DNA of 64,000 nt, taken from contig JBAYMJ010000001.1 of NCBI GenBank assembly GCA_041663565.1, positions 1,259-65,258 of the forward strand, read 5' to 3'. This stretch comes from Candidatus Micrarchaeia archaeon. GTDB lineage: Archaea > Micrarchaeota > Micrarchaeia > Norongarragalinales > CAINOH01. The notes below the pieces were generated by a model, which ran no database searches, was not told where the DNA came from, and saw nothing but the letters and a program-made list of their open reading frames with translations. Shown here in pieces: positions 17,650 to 27,378 of this stretch. Within the stretch, counting starts at the first letter, position 1. The number at the start of each line of letters is the position of its first letter. The translations under genes were made by a program, and so were the position numbers.

Positions 17650-18171
17650 TTACGCCTTGAAGCCAACTGCCTTGGTAGCGGCAAAGCCGCCCGCAAGCGC
17701 AGTTGCAAACTGGATTGGGCCCATCGCAAGAAGGAACGCTGCGGGAACAAATCCTGAAAGCACGAGCGCTCCGGCGGAGGCGAAGAGGATTCCTGATTTT
17801 GCAATCGAGGAGAACACCAGTCCCTTGCCCTTGATGAGCCAGACATAGGCTGCATTTGCCATCCAGATTGGGAGGATGAAGTAAAGGAGTGCGGCTGTTT
17901 GCGCCCCGAAGATGATTCCGGACACGTACGCGCCGATGCTGGGCACTATTATGAGCGGGAGGAGCTTGAGCCTGCTGCCCGATGCGTTCAGGGCGCAGTA
18001 TGCAAGGAGGAAGTTCACTATCGTGCCCACCAGGAGCTGGTTTGCGATGCCGGGCAAGAAGCCGAGCACGATTGGGACGAGGAACGCCGCAACGACATAC
18101 GGCATGGTTTCCCAAACGCCTTCAAAGCCCTGCTGGTATCTTGATGAAAACGCAAACTTCACGTGACTCAC
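17650..18171 (-). CDS. polytopic membrane protein (about 5 TM; vaguely ECF S-component-like)
   Basis: 173 aa, hydrophobic throughout. Its stop lies 15 nt upstream of the hydrogenase start on the same strand. No confident family assignment. Confidence 0.5.
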   Translation of the reverse strand: MSHVKFAFSSRYQQGFEGVWETMPYVVAAFLVPIVLGFLPGIANQLLVGTIVNFLLAYCALNASGSRLKLLPLIIVPSIGAYVSGIIFGAQTAALLYFILPIWMANAAYVWLIKGKGLVFSSIAKSGILFASAGALVLSGFVPAAFLLAMGPIQFATALAGGFAATKAVGFKA

Positions 18172-18233
18172 CTGTGACTTACTCAGGTTTGCATATATAG
18201 AAATACGTTTCTAAAGCCCCGCTTGGCGCTCAT

Positions 18234-19061
18234 TCAAAACCGCAGGAGCGACGCAAGGCCCAGTGCGAGCGCAAAACCGCAAATGAGCGAAAAAGCGGCA
18301 ACACGCTCGAAGCCGTGCCGGAAAGCGTCCGGCAGGAGCTCTACAAGCACCACGCAGAGCATCGCGCCTGCGGAGATTGCAAGTCCGAAGGGCACCACCC
18401 AGGACACGAGAACAAGAAGGCAGTAGCCAATAACAGCAGAAACTGCCTCTACAAGGCCGGACAGTATTCCGAACCAGATTGACTTCCGCTTCTGCATCCC
18501 AAAACAGGCGAGGGGAGCTGACACGCTCAGGCCTTCGGGGACGTCCTGCAGCGCCATCGAGAACGCGACCAGCCAGCCGAGGGGAGTCGAGCTCGCAAAG
18601 GCCGAGCCTATCGCCAGGCCTTCCGGGACGTTGTGCAACGTGACCGCCGCCGCAATCAGCGCGCCGTCCTTGTCGCCTGCGAGGGTGGTCTTGCGCTGCA
18701 GGTGCAGGTGGGGGAGCAGCTTCTCCAACGCAATGAACACGAGCGCGCCAAAAAGCAGGCACACGACTGCAAGGGGCCATCCTGAGGACTGCACCGCGCT
18801 GTCGAACATCTCGATTGCGGAGAACAGCATCACGCCTGCCGCAAACGAAAGCATCACCGAGTAGGTCCGGCGGTCCAGGCAGTCCACGAAAAGGACGACA
18901 AGCGAGCCCGCCGCTGTTGCAAAAAACACCAGAAGCGCTCCGAGCGCAGCGTCAATGAATGCCAAGGAAATCAGCCAGACGGAGGTTAACCCACTCCTTT
19001 GGGTTCGCAACGAATTAAAACAATCGCCAACTGCACTTACGTATGGCCAAACAACACGCAA
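18234..19061 (-). CDS. zupT: ZIP family metal (zinc) transporter, ZupT-like
   Basis: HNVPEGLAIGSAF and ALQDVPEGLSVSAPL are the paired ZIP signature motifs; multi-TM. The ORF-track start at 19061 is a TTG and overlaps the divergent gene at 19043. An alternative TTG at 19010 would remove the overlap. Confidence 0.8.
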   Translation of the reverse strand: MRVVWPYVSAVGDCFNSLRTQRSGLTSVWLISLAFIDAALGALLVFFATAAGSLVVLFVDCLDRRTYSVMLSFAAGVMLFSAIEMFDSAVQSSGWPLAVVCLLFGALVFIALEKLLPHLHLQRKTTLAGDKDGALIAAAVTLHNVPEGLAIGSAFASSTPLGWLVAFSMALQDVPEGLSVSAPLACFGMQKRKSIWFGILSGLVEAVSAVIGYCLLVLVSWVVPFGLAISAGAMLCVVLVELLPDAFRHGFERVAAFSLICGFALALGLASLLRF

Positions 19062-21442
19062 CCCTAAAAACCAAGAAGAGCTCCGACGACTTGATTCTGA
19101 TTGCAGGCATGCTTTTGCTGCTTGTAGGCGCGTTCATATTCTTCACATACGACAACAGCCAGAAGGCTGCGAACGCCACGCCCACCCCGCTTGCTTCGGC
19201 AATGCCTTCCGCAACACCTACTTCGCAGCCAGTTGCTTCAGCAACGCCAACGGTGCAAGCCGTTGCGCAGGGGCCTGCCGAGGACGGGCTTGTCTTTGCC
19301 AACATGACAGAGGAAGCCGCTTACGCGGGGCTCGAGGACGGGAGCGTGGACATCTACCTCGGGTCGCTTTCGCCACAACACGCCCTTGAGGCCGAAGGCA
19401 ACCCCAACATCACGCTGTACCCCGCGGCTTCGCAGATAAACGGCTTGACGTTCAACCCCGCGCCTTCGGCCAACGGCACGTTCAACCCGTTTGCGTTGCA
19501 GCAGGTTCGCTTTGCGATGAACTACCTCATAGACCGCGAAGCAATAGTCAAGAACGTGCACAACGGATTCGGGTCGGTTCTTTTCACCAACATCAACCAG
19601 GCCCACCCCAGCTATGAAGCTATAAGCCCGGTCATTGACGAGTTCGCAATCACGTTCAACAAGTCATTGGCCCTTGCGATGATTGACAAGGCAATGACCG
19701 GTGCAGGGGCGGAAAAGCTGAACGGCGCCTGGACGTACAACGGAAAGAACGCCACGGTAATAGTGCTCATATCGGAATCCAACGCGGACATGAAGGCAAT
19801 CGCCGAATTTACGGCAGACGCGCTTTCCGACGCAGGCTTTACAGTTGACAGGCAGTACATAAAGAAAGGCGACAAGACCACCCCGTATGACTTCGACCCG
19901 GCGGAACTGAAGTGGAACGTCGGCGTGGGCGCCTGGATTTACTACAGCGCCTCAAGGTACGAGAACGTCTTCTTCCCCGGGCTTGACTACCAGGATGGCT
20001 GGTACAAGTTCGAGAACAAGAAGCTGGAGAACCTGTACGGGAGGCTTTCGAACTACTCCACCAAGGCCGAATGGCAGGAAATCAACTCCGGGATCGCCCG
20101 GCTTGAGCTGAACGACTCGGTTGGGATGTGGGTCTCGGCAACTGACACGGTCTTTGCAGCAAGAAAGGAAGTGCTGGGCCTTTCGGAGGACAAATTCATA
20201 GGCCTGCGCTCCTACGCAAACCTGCGAAGCGCGTATGCACAGGGAAAGAAGTCGCTCACCATTGCGGCGGACTACCTTTACAGCAAGGGCGACTCGTGGA
20301 ACAACTACGTGGTCGAGTCGATTTCGATGATGGACGTGCACAACGCCATCACCGACCCGATTACAGTGTCAAACCCGCAGACCTTGGAGACCCAGCCGTA
20401 CAGGTGGGGCTACAAGATAGAGACTGCAGGCGCCCCTGGAAAGCTTGAGGTTCCCGCTGACGCGGTCTTGTGGAACACGAGCGCGGACCAGTGGCAGGCA
20501 GTCGGGAAGAACATTAGCGCAACAAGCAAGACCACTTACGACCTTTCCAAGTACGTGGGCGCCAAATGGCACCACAACGCGACAATAACCATTGCGGACG
20601 TTCTTTTCTTTGCAGCCTCGGTATGGGACGCGTCGCTTGACATTCAGAAGAACGAGAGCGCGGCGCTCAATTACAATAGTTATTTTGCAGTAGTACGCGG
20701 AATCAAAGTCGCAGGCAACACCCTCGAAGTATACGAGGACTCTACCGGGTTCACCGATGACGCCTACCTCGGCTTTGCGGGCATGTTTCGGCGCACAGTG
20801 CCGTGGGAAATCGCTGCTGCGCAGGACAAGGTGTTCTACCAGTCCGACGGCAAGTACGTCCAGAGCGACTACTACAAGCCCAAGTCAAGCAACGCAACTT
20901 CACTTGTCCTTGTGAATGCAACTCACATCAAGGCCGTGACAGATGCATTGGACAGCCTGAACTACTCGCAGGTTGCGCCGTACTTCACAATCGCAGGAAA
21001 GGCATATGCGACCAAGGAGGACCTTGCGCAGAGGCAGGCTGCGGTGCACAAGTGGGTCGCAGCGTACGGCCACCTCATCATAGGCAACGGGCCGTACATG
21101 ATGACTGGCTTCAACGCCCAGACTGGCGCGATTACGCTTGCGGCGTTCCGCGACAGCACCTACCCGTTTTCCAACGCGGATGCAATCACCGACTTGGAGG
21201 CTTGCTCAAAGCAAGGCACTGCAGTGAATATGACCTACGCGCAGGCGCGGGCAATCGCAGCAAAGAGCGAGTGCGTTGCAAACGGCGCCACGCTTGGCAC
21301 CGAACACTGGTGCAACGACTTCACCGGCACGTGGTGGATAAAGACCAGCATCCAGAAGAAGGGCTGCAACCCCACCTGCGTAATCAACGTGGAGACGCAG
21401 GCTGCGGAAATCAACTGGATGTGCACTGGCCTTGTAGGCTGA
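19043..21442 (+). CDS. membrane-anchored extracellular solute-binding protein, family 5 (peptide/nickel-type SBP) with a Cys-rich C-terminal extension
   Basis: N-terminal TM segment (LILIAGMLLLLVGAFIFF), then a Pro/Thr/Ala linker. VRFAMNYLIDREAIVKNVHNGFG resembles the SBP_bac_5 signature. 799 aa. The last ~90 aa contain 6 Cys. No ABC permease or ATPase genes nearby. Confidence 0.6.
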   Translation: MAKQHATLKTKKSSDDLILIAGMLLLLVGAFIFFTYDNSQKAANATPTPLASAMPSATPTSQPVASATPTVQAVAQGPAEDGLVFANMTEEAAYAGLEDGSVDIYLGSLSPQHALEAEGNPNITLYPAASQINGLTFNPAPSANGTFNPFALQQVRFAMNYLIDREAIVKNVHNGFGSVLFTNINQAHPSYEAISPVIDEFAITFNKSLALAMIDKAMTGAGAEKLNGAWTYNGKNATVIVLISESNADMKAIAEFTADALSDAGFTVDRQYIKKGDKTTPYDFDPAELKWNVGVGAWIYYSASRYENVFFPGLDYQDGWYKFENKKLENLYGRLSNYSTKAEWQEINSGIARLELNDSVGMWVSATDTVFAARKEVLGLSEDKFIGLRSYANLRSAYAQGKKSLTIAADYLYSKGDSWNNYVVESISMMDVHNAITDPITVSNPQTLETQPYRWGYKIETAGAPGKLEVPADAVLWNTSADQWQAVGKNISATSKTTYDLSKYVGAKWHHNATITIADVLFFAASVWDASLDIQKNESAALNYNSYFAVVRGIKVAGNTLEVYEDSTGFTDDAYLGFAGMFRRTVPWEIAAAQDKVFYQSDGKYVQSDYYKPKSSNATSLVLVNATHIKAVTDALDSLNYSQVAPYFTIAGKAYATKEDLAQRQAAVHKWVAAYGHLIIGNGPYMMTGFNAQTGAITLAAFRDSTYPFSNADAITDLEACSKQGTAVNMTYAQARAIAAKSECVANGATLGTEHWCNDFTGTWWIKTSIQKKGCNPTCVINVETQAAEINWMCTGLVG

Positions 21443-21455
21443 TTTTCCAGCAAAA

Positions 21456-21555
21456 GCCGGCTTTACCGGCGCCCCGGCACTTTTTCTTTCTTTTTTCTTT
21501 TCATTCTTCTTTTTTGTTTTCCTTTCCTCATTTTCCGCCTTCTTTCCGTTTTTCA
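21456..21555 (+). terminator. hairpin plus ~75-nt polypyrimidine/oligo-T tract
   Basis: GCCGG-CTTTA-CCGGC hairpin at 21456-21470, followed by a tract (21481-21555) containing several T5-T6 runs. Lies immediately after the SBP stop. Archaeal terminators are oligo-T based. Confidence 0.5.
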
Positions 21556-21720
21556 CGCTGCCAAACTAAAATTCTCCATAAACCACTCACCGGAAATGGA
21601 CTCGTGCGAGCGTTAAAATTACAGCGGGTGCACATATTATGTCCCCTCTTTTTCCGGAAGGCAACGAACTCCCGGCGGATAGGGCCATAGGAACTGATTT
21701 GGCAGCCAACGGTAGAGCAA

Positions 21721-23766
21721 ATGCCCTTTGAACTCGTCTCGGAATACAAGCCTGCAGGAGACCAGCCGCAGGCAATAGCGAAGCTTGTGGAAGGCGTCTT
21801 GAAAGGGAACGGCTCGAAACAGACCCTGCTGGGAGTCACTGGATCCGGAAAAACATTTTCAATCGCCAACGTCATCGCAAAAACCGGAAAGAAGACGCTG
21901 ATAATCTCGCACAACAAGACCCTTGCTGCACAGCTTTATGGCGAGCTGCGGCAGTTCTTCCCAAAAAACAAGGTGGGTTACTTCGTCTCCTACTACGATT
22001 ATTTCCAGCCTGAAAGCTACATTCCCGCAACGGACACCTACATCGAAAAGGACGTGGACGTCAACGAGAAAATCGAGCAGATGAGGATAGCCGCTTCGGC
22101 GGCCCTGCTTTCGCGAGATGACGTAATCATCGTCGCAACTGTGTCCGCAATCTACGGCCTGGTCTCGCCAAGGGACTATATGGACATGTCCTACGAGCTG
22201 CACGTCGGAGAGAAAATCACGCGCCAGAAGCTGCTCAAGCAGCTTATTCAGATGCAGTACCAGCGGAGCGAGTACGACCTCGTCCCCGGAAAGTTCAGGG
22301 CAAAGGGCGACACTATAGACGTTTTTCCAATGTACAACACCGGAGCTTACATCCGCATATCGCTTTTTGGCGACGAGATAGAGTCGATTTCTGAACGCGA
22401 CTGCCTGAACAACAACAAGATTTCGTCAGTGCAGGTCCTCCGCGTCTTCCCTGCAAAGCTTTTCGTAATCCCGCAGGAGCGCATAAACAAGTCCTTGGAC
22501 GGCATCCGCGCGGAGCTTGCCGAGAGGCTGCCCCAGCTTTCCGAGCTTGAGAGGCACAGGCTCAAGCAGCGCACCGAGTACGACTTGGAGATGCTCAAGA
22601 ACACAGGGCACTGCAACGGGATTGAGAATTATTCAAGGTATATGGACGTCCGCGAACCGGGCATGCCGCCGCACTGCCTGCTTGACTTCTTCGGCGACGA
22701 CTTCCTGGTTGTGGTTGACGAGTCGCACATCACGCTCCCACAGATTACGGGAATGCAAAGGGGAGACCACGCACGAAAGAAGAACCTGATTGACTACGGC
22801 TTCCGGCTCCCAAGTGCCTACGACAACAGGCCGCTCACATTCACGGAATTTGAAAAGTACACCAAGAACGCAATCTACGTCTCTGCCACGCCGGCGGACT
22901 ATGAGTTCGAGCACTCCGACGTTGTTGTTGAGCAGCTGGTGCGTCCGACCGGCCTGCTTGACCCCAAGCCGGAAGTTCGTCCTACTGTTGGCCAAATCGA
23001 CGACTTGGTGCGCGAACTGAAGGAGTTGGACAAGAAGGGCTGGCGCGCGTTCGTCACAACCCTTACCAAGAGGATGGCAGAGGACCTCACGGACTACCTA
23101 ATCAGGGAGGGAATCAAGGCGCGCTATTTGCACTCCGAAATCGAGACCCTTGAAAGGACGGACATACTGCGCAGGCTGCGGCTGGGAGAATTCCAGGTGC
23201 TTGTTGGAATCAACCTGCTCCGTGAAGGGTTGGACATCCCCGAAGTCGCGCTTGTTGCCGTTTTTGACGCTGACAAGGAAGGCTTCCTGCGCAATGCGCG
23301 AAGCCTAATCCAGGTATTCGGCAGGGCCGCTCGCAACGTGGACGGCAAGGTCATAATGTACGCCGACCGCGTCACGGACTCGATGAAGCAGGCAATCGAG
23401 GAGACCACGCGCAGGCGCGCAATACAGGAAAAGTACAACACCGAGCACAACATCACGCCAAAGACAATTATCAAGGCTGTTGAGAAGACCGAGGCCGAGG
23501 TAGGCCAGACCAGGAATTACGCAAGGAGCGAGCTTGCGCGGCTAATCATCGACGTCGAGGCGCAGATGAAGAACGCGGCTGACGAGATGGACTTCGAGAC
23601 CGCAATACAGCTGCGCGACAAATTGGCGGACTTGAGAAAGCAGATGGGACAAAAGGAAAGAGATGCCGATTACCAGAAGAAAAAAATAGCGGACAAAGCC
23701 GAAGCAAAGATTGCGGCAAAAGCAGCTGCCAAGACGGCAAAGAAGACATCAAAGGCAAAGGAATAG
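21721..23766 (+). CDS. uvrB: excinuclease ABC subunit B
   Basis: MPFELVSEYKPAGDQPQAIAKLVEG...LLGVTGSGKTF (Walker A), DESH box (VVVDESHITLPQ), helicase motifs and a UVR domain near the C-terminus (DFETAIQLRDKLADLRK). 681 aa with a Lys/Ala-rich tail. Confidence 0.95.
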   Translation: MPFELVSEYKPAGDQPQAIAKLVEGVLKGNGSKQTLLGVTGSGKTFSIANVIAKTGKKTLIISHNKTLAAQLYGELRQFFPKNKVGYFVSYYDYFQPESYIPATDTYIEKDVDVNEKIEQMRIAASAALLSRDDVIIVATVSAIYGLVSPRDYMDMSYELHVGEKITRQKLLKQLIQMQYQRSEYDLVPGKFRAKGDTIDVFPMYNTGAYIRISLFGDEIESISERDCLNNNKISSVQVLRVFPAKLFVIPQERINKSLDGIRAELAERLPQLSELERHRLKQRTEYDLEMLKNTGHCNGIENYSRYMDVREPGMPPHCLLDFFGDDFLVVVDESHITLPQITGMQRGDHARKKNLIDYGFRLPSAYDNRPLTFTEFEKYTKNAIYVSATPADYEFEHSDVVVEQLVRPTGLLDPKPEVRPTVGQIDDLVRELKELDKKGWRAFVTTLTKRMAEDLTDYLIREGIKARYLHSEIETLERTDILRRLRLGEFQVLVGINLLREGLDIPEVALVAVFDADKEGFLRNARSLIQVFGRAARNVDGKVIMYADRVTDSMKQAIEETTRRRAIQEKYNTEHNITPKTIIKAVEKTEAEVGQTRNYARSELARLIIDVEAQMKNAADEMDFETAIQLRDKLADLRKQMGQKERDADYQKKKIADKAEAKIAAKAAAKTAKKTSKAKE

Positions 23767-23834
23767 GCAGGAAAAAGAAAAATAGAAGGCACAGGAGAAG
23801 TCAAAAAAACCAACAATAAGGGGAAGTAATCTTT

Positions 23835-26648
23835 ATGCAGGACAAAATCATCGTACGCGGCTGCCGCGAGCACAACCTCAAGAACGTCAACGTCGAGATA
23901 CCGAAAAACAAGCTGACCGTGTTCACCGGCATATCCGGCAGCGGCAAGTCCAGCCTCGCATTCGACACGATTTACGCGGAGGGCCAGCGCAGGTACGTCG
24001 AGTCGCTCTCGGCGTACGCAAGACAGTTCCTCGGGATGATGAGCAAGCCCGACATCGACTCCATAGAGGGGCTCTCGCCTGCAATATCCATCGAGCAGAA
24101 GTCTTCCTCGAACAACCCGCGCTCAACTGTGGGAACGATTACCGAAATCTACGACTACCTGCGCCTGCTTTACGCGCGCATCGGCGTGCCGCACTGCCCG
24201 GTGTGCGGGAACAAAATCTCAAGCACTACGATTGACGCGATAGTCACTGCGATAATGGCGCAGAAGCAGGGGACGAAAGTCCAGATCCTTTCCCCGGCAA
24301 TAGAGGGCAAGAAGGGCCAGTACGAGAAGTTCTTCGCCGACCTGTCAAGGCAGGGTTACTCGCGCGTGCGCGTTGACGGCGAGCTTTACGAAATCGGCTC
24401 GGAAATCAAGCTTGAAAAGAACGTCAAGCACTCCATCGAGGTTGTCGTTGACCGGCTTTCCATTGACGACACGCAAAAGCAGCGCGTGTACGACGCGGTA
24501 AGCACTGCGGTCAAGCTTTCCAAGGGCGCGGTAATCGCAATCATCGGCTCCGAGGAAAAGAGGTTCTCTACGCTGAACGCCTGCATCGAGCACGGCATCT
24601 CGATTGGCGAGCTTGAACCCCGGATGTTTTCGTTCAACGCGCCGTTCGGCGCGTGCCCGGAGTGCCACGGCCTTGGCGTGAAGCTTGAGTTCGACGAAGA
24701 TTTGATTATCCCGGACAAGACAAAGACGCTCCTGGAGGGCGCAATCGAGCCCTGGGGGAACAACTTCAACGGCTACCGCGCGCAGGCGCTGTCGAGCGTG
24801 GCAAAGCACGTCGGCTTTGACATGTACACGCCGGTGTGCAAGCTGTCCAAGAAGCACCTGCAAATCATACTCCACGGGACGGACGAGTCCATCCCCTTCA
24901 ACTACAAAGCGCGCAGCGGCACCTCGAAATGGTCCTACGTCGGCGGGTTCGAGGGCGTGGTGCCCCAGCTTGAGCGGCTCTACAGGGAGACCGACTCGCC
25001 CGAGCGCAGGCAGGACATGGAAAAGTACATGCGCGAGACGCTGTGCCCGGCCTGCAAGGGCGCGCGGCTCAAGCCCGAGATGCTATGCGTAAAAGTCGGA
25101 GACAGGAACATAATCGAGGTCACCGACCAGTCAATAGGAAAATGCCTGGAGTTCTTTGCCGAGCTCAAGCTCTCGGAGTACGAAAACAGCGTTGCGAAGA
25201 TGATACTCAAGGAAATCCGCGACCGCCTGCTTTTCCTGCACGAGGTGGGGCTTGACTACCTCACGCTCTCCCGAAAGGCGGGGACGCTTTCAGGAGGCGA
25301 ATCCCAGCGCATCCGGCTCGCCACGCAGATTGGAAGCAACCTCTCAGGCGTGCTGTACATACTCGACGAGCCCAGCATAGGCTTGCACCAGCGGGACAAT
25401 GAGAAGCTGATTGCAACCCTGAGGCGGCTCCGGGATTTGGGAAACACCGTAATCGTTGTCGAGCACGACGAGGACACCATACTCGCAGCCGACCACGTCG
25501 TTGAAATCGGGCCCGGCGCTGGAAAGCACGGCGGCCAGATTGTCGCAACCGGGACTCCCCTTCAAATCAAGCAGAACAAGGACTCGCTAACTGGCCAGTA
25601 CCTTGCAAAGCTCAAGACCATCCCACTTCCGCTTCACCGCAGGCCGATTGGCGACAAGTTCGTGACCGTGAAGGGCGCGAGGGAGAACAACCTCAAGAAC
25701 ATCGACGTCTCCTTCCCACTGGGCGTGTTCACGTGCGTGACCGGGGTAAGCGGCAGCGGAAAGAGCACGCTTGTTCTTGAGACGCTTGAGGCTGGCCTGC
25801 ACAAGCAGCTCTACAACGCGGGCTATTCCGTGGGAGCGCACGACAGCATCGAGGGAGTAGAGCACATAGACAAGGTAATCTCCATTGACCAGCAGCCAAT
25901 CGGGAGGACGCCCCGCTCAAACCCGGCCACATACATCGGCGTTTTCACCCAGATTAGGGAGCTCTTTGCCAAGACGCAGGACGCGCAGGTGCGCGGGTTC
26001 GGCCCCGGAAGGTTCTCGTTCAACGTAGCGGAGGGCAGGTGCCAGGACTGCGACGGAGACGGGCTGAAGAAGATTGAGATGCACTTCTTGGCGGACATCT
26101 TCGTTACCTGCGAGACCTGCAAGGGGAAGCGGTACGATTCCGAGACCCTTGAAATCGAGTACAACGGCAAGAACATAGCGGACGTGCTCGACATGACCAT
26201 CGAGGAGGCCGCCCAGTTCTTTGCAAAAATCCCGCAGGTAAAGAACAAGCTTGACACGCTGATGGACGTGGGGCTTGGCTACGTCAAGATGGGCCAGTCC
26301 GCGACCACGCTCTCCGGAGGGGAGGCCCAGCGCATCAAGCTCGCTGCGGAACTTTCCAAACGCGACACCGGAAGGACGATTTACGTCCTTGACGAGCCGA
26401 CCACCGGCCTGCACTTTGAGGACATCAAGAAGCTCCTTCTCGTGCTCCACAAGCTCGTTGACAAGGGAAACACGGTCATCGTAATCGAGCACAACCTTGA
26501 GGTCATCAAGACAGCTGACTACGTAATCGACCTGGGCCCGGACGGCGGCGACAAGGGCGGGATGGTAGTTGCAAAGGGAACGCCAGAGCAGGTGGCAAAG
26601 GTATCAAGCTCGCGCACTGCCGCGTTCCTAAAAAGGATGCTTTCCTGA
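23835..26648 (+). CDS. uvrA: excinuclease ABC subunit A
   Basis: [58 protein letters not shown]. Two ABC ATPase modules ([10 protein letters not shown]; [12 protein letters not shown] and [12 protein letters not shown]) and Zn modules ([19 protein letters not shown]...CETCKG). 937 aa. Confidence 0.95.
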   Translation: MQDKIIVRGCREHNLKNVNVEIPKNKLTVFTGISGSGKSSLAFDTIYAEGQRRYVESLSAYARQFLGMMSKPDIDSIEGLSPAISIEQKSSSNNPRSTVGTITEIYDYLRLLYARIGVPHCPVCGNKISSTTIDAIVTAIMAQKQGTKVQILSPAIEGKKGQYEKFFADLSRQGYSRVRVDGELYEIGSEIKLEKNVKHSIEVVVDRLSIDDTQKQRVYDAVSTAVKLSKGAVIAIIGSEEKRFSTLNACIEHGISIGELEPRMFSFNAPFGACPECHGLGVKLEFDEDLIIPDKTKTLLEGAIEPWGNNFNGYRAQALSSVAKHVGFDMYTPVCKLSKKHLQIILHGTDESIPFNYKARSGTSKWSYVGGFEGVVPQLERLYRETDSPERRQDMEKYMRETLCPACKGARLKPEMLCVKVGDRNIIEVTDQSIGKCLEFFAELKLSEYENSVAKMILKEIRDRLLFLHEVGLDYLTLSRKAGTLSGGESQRIRLATQIGSNLSGVLYILDEPSIGLHQRDNEKLIATLRRLRDLGNTVIVVEHDEDTILAADHVVEIGPGAGKHGGQIVATGTPLQIKQNKDSLTGQYLAKLKTIPLPLHRRPIGDKFVTVKGARENNLKNIDVSFPLGVFTCVTGVSGSGKSTLVLETLEAGLHKQLYNAGYSVGAHDSIEGVEHIDKVISIDQQPIGRTPRSNPATYIGVFTQIRELFAKTQDAQVRGFGPGRFSFNVAEGRCQDCDGDGLKKIEMHFLADIFVTCETCKGKRYDSETLEIEYNGKNIADVLDMTIEEAAQFFAKIPQVKNKLDTLMDVGLGYVKMGQSATTLSGGEAQRIKLAAELSKRDTGRTIYVLDEPTTGLHFEDIKKLLLVLHKLVDKGNTVIVIEHNLEVIKTADYVIDLGPDGGDKGGMVVAKGTPEQVAKVSSSRTAAFLKRMLS

Positions 26649-26713
26649 CCGGATTCCCAGCAGTGAAAAGTATATAATAGAAGTTATACAAAGTAATACT
26701 TGAGGTTATACTT

Positions 26714-26980
26714 ATGTATGTCACGAGGAAAGTCGGGCCGAAAGGGCAAGTAGTGATTCCTGAAGAGCTTAGGGCGCAGTTCGACATACATCCCGGCACA
26801 TCAGTATCGTTCAATTCTAATGACGAAGCAATAATCATTGTCAGGCAAAAAAGCGCAGAACAGGTCCTTGATGCGTTTCACGCCATACGCGACGCGCCAA
26901 GCATCCGAAAGGCACCGACCATAAAGGAAATGAAACGCTGGTTCGAAGAGGAGATTGAGGAAAGAAATGGCATACGTTGA
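26714..26980 (+). CDS. vapB: AbrB/SpoVT-domain antitoxin (VapB-type)
   Basis: VGPKGQVVIPEELRAQFDIHPGTSVSF is the SpoVT/AbrB looped-hinge pattern. 88 aa. Overlaps the downstream PIN gene by 14 nt. Confidence 0.75.
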   Translation: MYVTRKVGPKGQVVIPEELRAQFDIHPGTSVSFNSNDEAIIIVRQKSAEQVLDAFHAIRDAPSIRKAPTIKEMKRWFEEEIEERNGIR

Positions 26981-27368
26981 CGCGAACATATTCATTTTCG
27001 CCATCGCCAAAGACGCACCCCAATCTGACGCATGCCTGTCGATTTTGGATGCAATAGTGCGCGGAAAAATTTCCGCCACAACATGCGCGCTCACATGGGA
27101 TGAGGTCATCCATGCCGTGAAACGTAACAAAGGGCAGGCAGAGGCAGTTGCGGCAGGAGAAGCGTTACTTGCAATCCCGCGACTTAAGATAATCCCAGCA
27201 GACCGAAAAACCCTCGCCCTTGCACAGAAAATTTGCACTACATATCGCAACAGTCCGCGCGACTCAATCCACGCCGCCTGCGCAATACTTGCTGGTGAAA
27301 GCGAAATCTACAGTTTTGACTCCGACTTCGACAAAGTAGGGGAACTCAAGCGCAAGGAACCGAAATAG
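26967..27368 (+). CDS. vapC: PIN-domain ribonuclease toxin (VapC)
   Basis: MAYVDANIFIFA (first acidic residue), a conserved Asp/Glu in WDEVIH, RDSIHAACA, and SFDSDFDKV give the PIN acidic quartet pattern. ATG at 26967 is preceded by GAGG. Confidence 0.8.
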   Translation: MAYVDANIFIFAIAKDAPQSDACLSILDAIVRGKISATTCALTWDEVIHAVKRNKGQAEAVAAGEALLAIPRLKIIPADRKTLALAQKICTTYRNSPRDSIHAACAILAGESEIYSFDSDFDKVGELKRKEPK

Positions 27369-27378
27369 CGGTGAAAAA

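Noticed and set aside
20803-21690. 295-aa + strand ORF running through the SBP 3' end and into the polypyrimidine tract
   Set aside because: It is an alternative frame of the SBP gene (Arg/Gly/Cys/His-rich). Its tail is just the translated T/C-rich terminator tract.
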